Part shown: piece after piece, positions 16,449 through 23,874 of the stretch
Layout of the letters: every line of letters begins with the position of its first letter
Numbering within the stretch: the first letter of the stretch is position 1
Source: Candidatus Iainarchaeum sp.
GTDB taxonomy: Archaea > Iainarchaeota > Iainarchaeia > Iainarchaeales > DTGL01
Direction of reading: 5' to 3'
Assembly: GCA_038736825.1 (NCBI GenBank)
Contig: JAVYME010000009.1
Location: 1 to 30,079, forward strand
Length of the DNA: 30,079 bases
Position numbers and translations under genes: made by a program
Notes under the pieces: model-generated
Told to the model about the DNA's origin: nothing
Database searches by the model: none
The model's input: the letters and a program-made list of their open reading frames with translations, nothing else

Positions 16449-17304
16449 AATGGAGAAAATGGCTTTTTTCAATAAAAAAGACACTGCTTTCAGGAAGTGC
16501 ATTCCCAAAAAACCATCCATTGAGGCGCTTTCTTCAGCCTTTCTTTCAGCTTGCAAAAAAGATTCATTGGGTTTAAAGGAATGCGCTGTTCTCTTTTCGG
16601 GAGGCATTGATTCCTCGCTTGTGGCCTTCTCTCTTAAGGGAATTGTTCCAAGAGTTTTTCTTTATTGTTCTGGTGTTGCAGGCTCGCCTGCAATTAAAAG
16701 GGCGCGAGAAAATGCAGAATTGCTTGGAATGGAATTAAGGGAAGTTGAAATCAAAAAAAATGAAATTCCGGTTCTCTTAAAAAAGGCAAAAAAAGCGATA
16801 GGGTCTGATTCTCTTTTGCAATTGCAGATTGCTTTGCCGGCATTTGTTGCAATGCAGGCAATAAAAAAAGACGGCATTCGCACGGTTTTTTCTGGCACTG
16901 GAGCTGATGAATTGTTTTGCGGTTACAAGGAGTTTTGCTCTGTTTTGGAAAAAGGAGGGCATGAATCTGTTGAAGCGCTTATTTGGGAAAAACTTGAAGG
17001 AATGCGTGAAAGAAACCTTGAAAGGGAATTCGCGCTTTCAAGGTATTTTGGCTTAAGGCTTGCAATTCCATTCCTTGAAAAAGGCTTTGTTTTGCAGGCA
17101 ATGGCTTTTCCTGCAAGTGAAAAAATTCTTTGCTGTGAAGACGCTTTGAGAAAGCATCCTTTGCGGGAACTAGCGCGCTATATGGGTTTGCCTGAAAAAA
17201 TCTGTTTGGAGAAAAAAAAGGCAATACAGTTTGACAGCGGCACTGCAAAAGAAATTGAAAAAATATTTAAGGCGGACAGGGTTTTGAAAAAGAAACCGTT
17301 TTAG
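16441..17304 (+). CDS. Asparagine synthase-like PP-loop ATP pyrophosphatase (no glutaminase domain)
   Basis: PP-loop AVLFSGGIDSSLVAF and SGTGADELFCGY, as in the AsnB C-terminal domain. Start placed at the ATG that overlaps the abce1 stop (ATGGTTAA). ATGs at 16450 and 16459 are also possible. Confidence 0.75.
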   Translation: MVKMEKMAFFNKKDTAFRKCIPKKPSIEALSSAFLSACKKDSLGLKECAVLFSGGIDSSLVAFSLKGIVPRVFLYCSGVAGSPAIKRARENAELLGMELREVEIKKNEIPVLLKKAKKAIGSDSLLQLQIALPAFVAMQAIKKDGIRTVFSGTGADELFCGYKEFCSVLEKGGHESVEALIWEKLEGMRERNLEREFALSRYFGLRLAIPFLEKGFVLQAMAFPASEKILCCEDALRKHPLRELARYMGLPEKICLEKKKAIQFDSGTAKEIEKIFKADRVLKKKPF

Positions 17305-17713
17305 TGATTTTTGCCTTGAATTTGGTGTTGCCGCCAACTGCAAATATTCTCTCACAATCAATTGTGGTGGAATAGGAAACACTTCCTGCCTTGTTGAAAG
17401 TGCTGCCGGAAGTTTGGCATCTTATTGTTGTTGCACCAGCCGGAAAAACTGAATTCATTGCATTGCTTATATTGCTGTCAATATGGTTTTGTGTTAGTGC
17501 AGCGCACTTGCAGTCGTTTACAACATCGCCTATAATGGAATCAACCAAGACGACTGTGTTAGCCCACGCCATTTTAACGTCACCCATTACTGCCAAATAG
17601 TCTTCGCTTTCCTCTTCCCAAAATGCTGATTGTGAAGAAAAAACTGCAACTGCAAGAAGCGCTATTGCCATTGCCCCTATGGATAGAGCAAACAAGCCGC
17701 CTTTTTTGTTCAT
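17267..17713 (-). CDS. Pilin-like protein with class III (type IV prepilin-like) signal peptide
   Basis: MNKKGG|LFALSIGAMAIALLAVAVF; the start ATG overlaps the upstream stop (ATGA). The mature part is Cys-rich (CKC, C, C, C). The 3' end overlaps the convergent PP-loop gene by 38 nt. Confidence 0.7.
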   Translation of the reverse strand: MNKKGGLFALSIGAMAIALLAVAVFSSQSAFWEEESEDYLAVMGDVKMAWANTVVLVDSIIGDVVNDCKCAALTQNHIDSNISNAMNSVFPAGATTIRCQTSGSTFNKAGSVSYSTTIDCERIFAVGGNTKFKAKITKTVSFSKPCPP

Positions 17714-18021
17714 TGTTTCACTCCCTTGCAAACGCTTTTTTCACTCACCTTGTTGTCTATGGCGCTATAAAGATAATATTTTTTGCAAAAAATCGTGTTC
17801 ATGTCAGCGTTGGCGGCAGGCGCTGAAGTTGTTTCATTGAATGACTGGTTTCTGTAAACTGCCACTATTGCCCTGTCTTTTGCCTCTTTTGCAGAAAGCA
17901 CTGGCCAAGTGGAGTTTGCGTGGTGCAGGAAGAGAACCCATATCGCTCCAACAACCAGAACAATTGCAATCGCGCCAAGCGCATCCATTGAAAAAATAAA
18001 GCCTTTTTTCAATCCTTCCAC
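17710..18021 (-). CDS. Pilin-like protein with class III signal peptide
   Basis: (M)EGLKKG|FIFSMDALGAIAIVLVVGAIWVLF. GTG start at 18021, or TTG at 18012 giving MKKGFIF. Two Cys near the C-terminus. Confidence 0.7.
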   Translation of the reverse strand: MEGLKKGFIFSMDALGAIAIVLVVGAIWVLFLHHANSTWPVLSAKEAKDRAIVAVYRNQSFNETTSAPAANADMNTIFCKKYYLYSAIDNKVSEKSVCKGVKQ

Positions 18022-18494
18022 ACCTGCAATTTTATTGTACCTTCAGACAGCCCGGATAGAGCGGATATTGTTGCAGGAGAACCCACAACAACTTTTCTTT
18101 CCTCTGAATAAATGTTTTCCACTGTGGAGGTGGCTATCGGGTTTGCCGCTTCCCCTGCTTGCAAAGCCCCATTCAATAGCAAGCGGAACTTGTATTGTGG
18201 TGGAATTCCCAGTTTTTCTTTTGTTGCTGTTGAAAGTTTTGCAGCATTAGTGCAATTCGGGAAATACTGTGTTGTGCCTGCTCCGCCAGTGTTTATTTCG
18301 CAAGTGAATTCTGGGCTTGATACTAGGAGTTCGGATGCTGCAGTGCCAATTCTTTGCAAGTCCCTGTAAATTTCTTCTTCTTTAAGAGAGTAATCGTTTG
18401 CTTCTGCAATCCTGAAAGTGTATCCTATTGCAAGCACAACCAGTATTAAGGAGAAAAGGAAATCTATTGCTGCTATTTGCCCTTTTTTGTTCAT
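18009..18494 (-). CDS. Pilin-like protein with class III signal peptide
   Basis: MNKKGQ|IAAIDFLFSLILVVLAIGYTF is a textbook archaeal prepilin/preflagellin-type N-terminus. Two Cys (FTCE, PNCT). Confidence 0.75.
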   Translation of the reverse strand: MNKKGQIAAIDFLFSLILVVLAIGYTFRIAEANDYSLKEEEIYRDLQRIGTAASELLVSSPEFTCEINTGGAGTTQYFPNCTNAAKLSTATKEKLGIPPQYKFRLLLNGALQAGEAANPIATSTVENIYSEERKVVVGSPATISALSGLSEGTIKLQVWKD

Positions 18495-18502
18495 TCAATC
18501 AC

Positions 18503-18913
18503 TCATGAAATTGTTATTTTTGCTCCACACTTTGTGTTTGCCGGCAGGTTTGGCCCATCGTAGGGTATTGATCGTGATATTGTGTTGCCTTTGTATTCTG
18601 CAGAGATTTTTAGGAATTTGTTTCCCCCAATTGTTTCAATTGAAATGGTGCAAGGCATGGGTGCTTTGTTTCCAAGCAGGTAGAGTTCTGGGATTTGGTA
18701 TTCTATTGTGCCACCGCTGGCTCCAGTGAATGCTTTTGATGCCACCATTATTTTTGAGAGCGAGTTTGCTATTTTTGTTTCCTGGTTTCTTAAATGGATT
18801 TCGGCTTGCCTTTCAATAAAGCTTTCAGATATTTCAAAAATGATGCTTGTCACTATAAAGAGAAACATTATTGTGAAAAGCAGTTCAACCGATAATTGCG
18901 CTCTTGCATTCAT
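18503..18913 (-). CDS. Pilin-like protein with class III signal peptide
   Basis: MNARAQ|LSVELLFTIMFLFIVTSIIF (charged N-terminus, small residue + Q, Glu at about +5, hydrophobic helix). Two Cys (PCTI, TKCG). A TATA-like TTTTTATAT lies about 30-35 nt upstream on the minus strand. Confidence 0.75.
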   Translation of the reverse strand: MNARAQLSVELLFTIMFLFIVTSIIFEISESFIERQAEIHLRNQETKIANSLSKIMVASKAFTGASGGTIEYQIPELYLLGNKAPMPCTISIETIGGNKFLKISAEYKGNTISRSIPYDGPNLPANTKCGAKITIS

Positions 18914-18961
18914 GGTATTGAATAATAAAAAAAGTCATATAAAAACATACCGCTGGCTTTT

Positions 18962-20188
18962 TCAGGTTCGCTTTGCTTCTTTTAGCATCAATTTCATGAG
19001 GTTTTTGCCTTGAATTATGCCAAGGGCGCCCTTGCGGCAGGAATTTTCCCCAAAGCAATTTGTTTTATCTGGTTTTATTTGGTTTCCAAAAAAGAGCACT
19101 GGCACTGGGTCTGCTGAATGGTTTTTTTTCGAGCACGGCGTTGAATGGTCTGCAGTGATTACCACAAGGGTGTTTTTGAGTTCAAGCAGTGGTTCTAATG
19201 CAGTGTCTATTTTTTCAATGAATTGTTTTTTTTCAATGCATTTTCCATCGTGCCCGAAGACATCGCAGCCTTTAATGTGCACAAACACATAGTCAAAGTT
19301 CTCTAATTCTCTTATTGCTCTTGAAATCTTTGCATTTATGTTGGTTTGCGGTGTGCCTGTTGCACCGCTTACTTCAATTATTTCCATTCCCACAAATGCT
19401 GCAACTCCCTTGTAAAGGCCAGCGCCTGCAATGCAGCATGCCCTTAACCCAAACCTTTCCTTTATTGAGGGTGCTTTTTTCATTTTTCCTGCTCCGCGGA
19501 GCAATAGATAGTTTGCGGTTGGCAGTCCTTTTTCTTTTCTTTCAAGGTTTAAAGGGTGGTTGTCCAAGATTTTGTGTGCTTTTTCAAGGAATTCGTTCAG
19601 CACTTCCGCAGTAAACCTTGCTTCTCTGGATTTATCCAGTGGCAGTATTTTCAGTGCTTTTTCGCCTGTGTTGTGCGGGTCGCCATCACTTATCTTTTCA
19701 CTCAAGCCATTGCCGCTCAATACCACTGTAGCACGGTGCTCTGTTCCAGGTTTCACCAAAAAATGAACCCCTCTAATGTGCATATTGTTGAGTTTTTTGG
19801 CTAATTCACTGCAGTTTTCAATCCTTCCAGCCCTGCGGTCAGTTATTCTCAAATCTGAATCAACAGTGGCAAAATTGCTTCTAAACGCGATATCACCATG
19901 CTTTAAATTGATTCCAAGCCCTAAAGCTTCAAATGGACCGCGCCCAACATAGTGTTTTTTTAAATCATAGCCGAATAATGTGAGGTGGGCGCTGTCAGAT
20001 TCAGGGATAACGCCCTTGCCAAGCACTTGCATTATGCCTGTCCTGCCTTTTCTAGCCATTTTGTCCAAATTTGGCTTTTTTGCTGCTTCTAATGGGGTTT
20101 TGCCGCCAAGTTCTTGGCTTGGAAGGTCTCCCAGTCCATCACAAACTATTAGCAAAATCTTTGATTTTTGCATTACACTACCGTCCAT
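18962..20188 (-). CDS. apgM: 2,3-bisphosphoglycerate-independent phosphoglycerate mutase, archaeal type
   Basis: 408 aa. KILLIVCDGLGD near the N-terminus and VVITADHSTP near the C-terminus. The alternative ATG at 20173 (MQKSKILLIV) would overlap the upstream stop by 1 nt. Confidence 0.88.
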   Translation of the reverse strand: MDGSVMQKSKILLIVCDGLGDLPSQELGGKTPLEAAKKPNLDKMARKGRTGIMQVLGKGVIPESDSAHLTLFGYDLKKHYVGRGPFEALGLGINLKHGDIAFRSNFATVDSDLRITDRRAGRIENCSELAKKLNNMHIRGVHFLVKPGTEHRATVVLSGNGLSEKISDGDPHNTGEKALKILPLDKSREARFTAEVLNEFLEKAHKILDNHPLNLERKEKGLPTANYLLLRGAGKMKKAPSIKERFGLRACCIAGAGLYKGVAAFVGMEIIEVSGATGTPQTNINAKISRAIRELENFDYVFVHIKGCDVFGHDGKCIEKKQFIEKIDTALEPLLELKNTLVVITADHSTPCSKKNHSADPVPVLFFGNQIKPDKTNCFGENSCRKGALGIIQGKNLMKLMLKEAKRT

Positions 20189-20535
20189 TCAATTTTTTTT
20201 CCACTGGAATCAACCACGTTTATGTTTCCAATATTAAACGGGTAAGAGATTATAAAATGCACTTTGCCAAAGCGGGAGAACGCCACCAGGTCTTCTTGGC
20301 TTGGATTGTTGTCAGGGGATGGATGCGAGTGCACGCTTCCAACAATCCGGAAATCCACTGGCAGGCGCCCTCTGACAATTGCGTGCTCTCTGCCAAAAAC
20401 CGCTGGCACTATCACCACTTCATCTATTATTTCATTGCGGTTCTTGCTTCCCAGCAATGCAAAAAACTCGTTTGGGTAAGTGTTTTTTGATGCCTCTAAG
20501 ATTCCTTCAACAATGGCTTTCTTTATGCAAAGCAT
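20173..20535 (-). CDS. JAMM/MPN+ metalloprotease (Mov34/MPN/PAD-1 family)
   Basis: 120 aa. Upstream Glu (NEFFALLG) and a complete JAMM motif, HSHPSPDNNPSQED (H-x-H-x7-S-x2-D). Confidence 0.82.
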   Translation of the reverse strand: MLCIKKAIVEGILEASKNTYPNEFFALLGSKNRNEIIDEVVIVPAVFGREHAIVRGRLPVDFRIVGSVHSHPSPDNNPSQEDLVAFSRFGKVHFIISYPFNIGNINVVDSSGKKIEWTVV

Positions 20536-20679
20536 AAAATAAAGGGAAAAGAATTGGTTAAAATAAGAATGGCGATTTTTTTTTCATTTTCTTGTTTTGA
20601 AATCTCTCTTATTGGAAAAGATTTTTGCAGTTGCCAAATGCAACTATATTTAAAAATGCAAAAATAGCTGGAAAAAGTT

Positions 20680-21240
20680 TTAATCTGCCTGTTTTGCTTT
20701 TCCAATAATGCAGTCTGGCGTTTTTTTAAACCACTGTCTTTTAAGCGCTACTCTTACTTTTTCGCCTTTTGCGTATTTTTTGTCAGCTTTCACAAAATAT
20801 TTTCCAGTGTTGAGGCCGGCGAAAAGGTCAAAGCTTATTTCAACTGTTGCGCTATCTGAATCACTCAACAGCACAATGCCTTCTGTTTCTTTTTTTCCCA
20901 AAAAAATCCTGCCAAAAACTGAAACGCTGAGCAGTGCAAGCACTATTCCCATGAACAGTGTAATGCCGGTTTCAAGCGGGTTTAGGAATAGAATTGAGAA
21001 TGTGGCTGCCTCTATTACTATTAGCAGAATGGAAAAGAAGATGAAATGCCTTTTCCAGTCTTTTTTGAAAAAATGTTTTGCCTTTAAAATAAAGAAAGCG
21101 AAAAAGATTGCGGTTAAAACCAAGTCTGTAACCAAAAGCGCTTCTATGGAAATCGTTGATTTTAAAACTGGCAGTGCGGCTATTAGCACCAACAAGAAGC
21201 CTACAAGTAACACTCCTTGCTCTGTTTTTGCTTGAAACAT
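20680..21240 (-). CDS. Polytopic membrane protein with C-terminal NfeD-like/OB-like soluble domain (DUF2101-like)
   Basis: About four predicted TM helices, then GKKETEGIVLL...GEKVRVALK, resembling NfeD C-terminal beta-barrels. ATG at 21240 is preferred over the TTG at 21249. The family call is tentative. Confidence 0.6.
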   Translation of the reverse strand: MFQAKTEQGVLLVGFLLVLIAALPVLKSTISIEALLVTDLVLTAIFFAFFILKAKHFFKKDWKRHFIFFSILLIVIEAATFSILFLNPLETGITLFMGIVLALLSVSVFGRIFLGKKETEGIVLLSDSDSATVEISFDLFAGLNTGKYFVKADKKYAKGEKVRVALKRQWFKKTPDCIIGKAKQAD

Positions 21241-21265
21241 GCTAACCAACAGATTTAGTGTAAAA

Positions 21266-22273
21266 CTATTTATTAATCATTTCCAAAAGGTTTTTTTCCA
21301 AGAGCAAGGCTGCTTTTTCAGATTCAACTATTTTTTCCATTAATTTTTGGTTTTTTGAGCCATATTTTTGCTTTATGTATTCGAGTCTTTCATTTAGTGG
21401 CACAATTTTTTCTCCTAAAACCCTTTTGTCAGCATAATAAACGATTTTTTCTTCTAGTGTTGAAAGCTCTCCAACTTTTTCAATCAAGTGTTTTTTTGCA
21501 ATTTCTGCCACTCCATAAAAGCCTTTTTTTCGCAGTTTTTTCCAGCCTTCAATGCCGTGTTTTTTGCTGCTTTCCAGTGTTTCAAGTTTGTCTATGTCGT
21601 GCAATAAGGCTCCAGCCCTTACTAGTGCAATGTCAATTTTTTCTCCTTTTGCATCAATTTTTTGAGCTAGTTCAACTGCAAATTCTGCCACTTTTTTGGA
21701 GTGCCTTACAATGTTTTCTGGAACCCTGTTTTCGCGCAATATTTCAATGCATTTTTTTTCCGAGGGCACTATTCCATAGAGTTCTTTTTTGAATGCAAGG
21801 AGGTCTTTTTCAGAGAAAAGAACAATTTTTAATTTTTCTATGCTTTTGGCTTTTTCCTCGAAAAGCCTTATTTCTGTTAAAATTGCTTTTGCGCCTTTTT
21901 CGATTTCAAGTCCTGCTATTCCGCATCCAATGGCTGGGATTGCAATGCTTTTGCAACCCAATTCTTCTGCTTTTTTTAGCGCATTCCTTGTGGCAATCCT
22001 TACTGATTGTGTTGTTGCTTTAAAGGAACCATGGTGTGGTTGGGCGGCTGCATGAAAAACGTATTTTGCTTTGAGTTTTCCTGCTTTTGTGACCACCACT
22101 TCCCCTAATTTGGCTGGCGCGCTTTTCAAAGCCTCTGTTTCAATTTCTTTTCCTCCTTTTCTTTTTAGTGCGCCTGCCACTCCACCACCCATGGAGAGAG
22201 AGGTGCCTGCAGCATTCACTACTGCGTCAGCTTCAATTTCTGCAATATTGCCTTTCAATAATTCAATTTTCAT
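21266..22273 (-). CDS. Macro domain - HD domain fusion protein (ADP-ribose-binding/hydrolase module + metal-dependent phosphohydrolase)
   Basis: N-terminal macro motifs ADAVVNAAGTSLSMGGGVAGAL and IAIPAIGCGIAG. C-terminal HD motifs VRHSKKVAEFAVELA ... AGALLHDIDK ... YYADK. ATG at 22273 (MKIELLKGNI) is preferred over the TTG at 22300. Confidence 0.8.
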   Translation of the reverse strand: MKIELLKGNIAEIEADAVVNAAGTSLSMGGGVAGALKRKGGKEIETEALKSAPAKLGEVVVTKAGKLKAKYVFHAAAQPHHGSFKATTQSVRIATRNALKKAEELGCKSIAIPAIGCGIAGLEIEKGAKAILTEIRLFEEKAKSIEKLKIVLFSEKDLLAFKKELYGIVPSEKKCIEILRENRVPENIVRHSKKVAEFAVELAQKIDAKGEKIDIALVRAGALLHDIDKLETLESSKKHGIEGWKKLRKKGFYGVAEIAKKHLIEKVGELSTLEEKIVYYADKRVLGEKIVPLNERLEYIKQKYGSKNQKLMEKIVESEKAALLLEKNLLEMINK

Positions 22274-22856
22274 TTTTTTTCCCAATAATGGATTTTTCAA
22301 ACAGGTTTAGGGCGATTTTTCCAGCTTCTTCAATATTTTTGCCCATTGCAATAAAGCCATGGTTTTTCATTTGAACCAAATTGTTTTTTCCAAGGATTTT
22401 TAGGACTTCGTCGCGTAATTCAAGGGTGCCATAGGGCTGTTCTTTTTTTGTTTCAGGCACTCCAAATTTTTTAGGGTTTTTTGTCACTATATAATTGTGT
22501 CCGTGCATTATTGCGTTCACGTCTTTTCTTGCATGGTATATTGCAGCATGAAGAAAGGATTCGCTTGAAGGGTTTTGAATGCCGATTGCTTTCAGTTTAT
22601 GCTCTTTTTCGTTGACTTCAATTACTTCAACCAGCTGTTCTGGAGTTATTTCTCCAAGTTTTTGCCCCGTTGGAGTAATCAAAAAGCCTTTTTTTGTTCT
22701 CACGGACAGGTTTCCGGCAACATTTCCATTGCATGAAACCAGTCCCCTGGCATAGAATTCCTTGCACCATTTTATTATTTTTTTTGCATTTTTTGTCTCT
22801 CTTTTTCCTTTTTGCAATTCAATTTTGTATTTTATTCCAACGTATTCTTCATTCAT
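22263..22856 (-). CDS. Class II aldolase/adducin-family protein (MtnB / FucA / 5-deoxyribulose-1-P aldolase-like)
   Basis: 197 aa. GNLSVR..GFLITPTG, PSSESFLHAAIY, AIMHGHN and KNHGFIAMG give three His zinc ligands at typical positions. Confidence 0.8.
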   Translation of the reverse strand: MNEEYVGIKYKIELQKGKRETKNAKKIIKWCKEFYARGLVSCNGNVAGNLSVRTKKGFLITPTGQKLGEITPEQLVEVIEVNEKEHKLKAIGIQNPSSESFLHAAIYHARKDVNAIMHGHNYIVTKNPKKFGVPETKKEQPYGTLELRDEVLKILGKNNLVQMKNHGFIAMGKNIEEAGKIALNLFEKSIIGKKNEN

Positions 22857-23874
22857 TGAAAAGCCTCTTTATTTCCTTGCGGTTTGGTTTAATTATGCCT
22901 TTTTCAGTAATAATGCCGGTTATGTATTTTGATGGCGTTATGTCAAATGCGGGGTTCAATGCACTGCTTTTTGTGTTTGCAATTCTTTTGCCTTCAAGGA
23001 AGAGCACTTCTTTTTCGCTTCTTTCCTCTATTTTTATTCCTGCGCCTTTTTTGCATTTCAAGTCAATAGTGCTCTTTGGGGCAGCCACATAAAAGGGAAT
23101 CCTGTTTTCTTTTGCGAGAACTGCTTTTTCGTAAGTTCCAATCTTGTTTGCAATGTCGCCATTTCTTGCAATTCTGTCAGCGCCAACAATGCAAAAATCA
23201 ATCGCTCCTTTTTGCATGTAGTGTCCTGCAGCATTGTCTGCAATTATTTTGTGTTTTATTCCTTCATTTGAAAGCTCCCATGCTGTAAGCTTTGCCCCCT
23301 GCAGCCTAGGCCTTGTTTCATCCACAAAAACGAATGCGTTTTTTCCTTTTTTTTTAGCCCAATAAATTGGTGCCAGAGCGCTCCCCCAGTCCTGCATTGC
23401 AAGCCATCCTGCATTGCAATGGGTTAGCACTCTTGTTCCATGCTTGAAGAGGACTAAACCGTTTTTGCCAATTCTTTTGCCGTTTTCAATATATTCTGTG
23501 CTGATTTTGTTTGCCTCTCTTATGGCTGCAAGTTTTGCCTCTTTTTGTTTTTTTTCCTTAATGGAGTTTTCAATTCTTTCAATTGCCCAAAACAAGTCTC
23601 TTGCAGTAGGCCTTGTTTTCCTTAATTCTTCAAATCCTTTTTTTGTTTTGCCTTCCATTACTGCTTGTGTTGCGCCGAATGCAGCCGCAACCCCTATTGA
23701 GCCAGCTCCCCTTACAATCATTTCTTTGATTGCTTTTGCGGTTTCATGGTGGTTTTTGAAAGAGGCGATTTTGAATTTGTGTGGCAGCACGCTTTGGTCT
23801 ATCATTTTGACTGTTGAGCCTTCAAGCCATACTGCAGTGAACCATTTTTTTCTGCCAGCAATTTCCACATTCAT
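22849..23874 (-). CDS. mtnA: eIF-2B alpha/beta/delta-like sugar-phosphate isomerase, MtnA type (5-methylthioribose/5-deoxyribose-1-phosphate isomerase-like)
   Basis: 341 aa. N-terminal WLEGSTVKMIDQSVLP extension, VRGAGSIGVAAAFG and VGADRIARNGDIANKIGTY. The substrate cannot be fixed from sequence alone. Confidence 0.8.
   Translation of the reverse strand: MNVEIAGRKKWFTAVWLEGSTVKMIDQSVLPHKFKIASFKNHHETAKAIKEMIVRGAGSIGVAAAFGATQAVMEGKTKKGFEELRKTRPTARDLFWAIERIENSIKEKKQKEAKLAAIREANKISTEYIENGKRIGKNGLVLFKHGTRVLTHCNAGWLAMQDWGSALAPIYWAKKKGKNAFVFVDETRPRLQGAKLTAWELSNEGIKHKIIADNAAGHYMQKGAIDFCIVGADRIARNGDIANKIGTYEKAVLAKENRIPFYVAAPKSTIDLKCKKGAGIKIEERSEKEVLFLEGKRIANTKSSALNPAFDITPSKYITGIITEKGIIKPNRKEIKRLFNE

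Noticed and set aside
17267-17304. 38-nt convergent overlap between the 3' ends of the PP-loop gene (+) and the last pilin-like gene (-).
   Set aside because: It is consistent with the extreme compaction seen throughout the window. There are no alternative earlier stops on either strand, and I see no evidence for a functional antisense arrangement.
20629-20645. Perfect 6-bp inverted repeat AGTTGC-CAAAT-GCAACT next to an AT-rich TTTAAATATA stretch in the spacer between the membrane-protein gene and the JAMM gene.
   Set aside because: On the minus strand it lies just after the stop of the upstream gene and is followed by a T-rich tract, so a simple terminator hairpin is the most economical reading. 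A TATA-like box nearer the JAMM start (about 20560-20575) can serve as the promoter.
22849-23874. e2b2-family gene as the ribose-1,5-bisphosphate isomerase of the archaeal AMP/RuBisCO pathway.
   Set aside because: The protein has the N-terminal extension with the (W)L..G..V..IDQ..LP motif typical of MtnA-type isomerases. Its overlapping neighbour is a class II aldolase, not AMP phosphorylase or type III RuBisCO. The substrate is still not provable from sequence, so this remains a preference rather than a proof.
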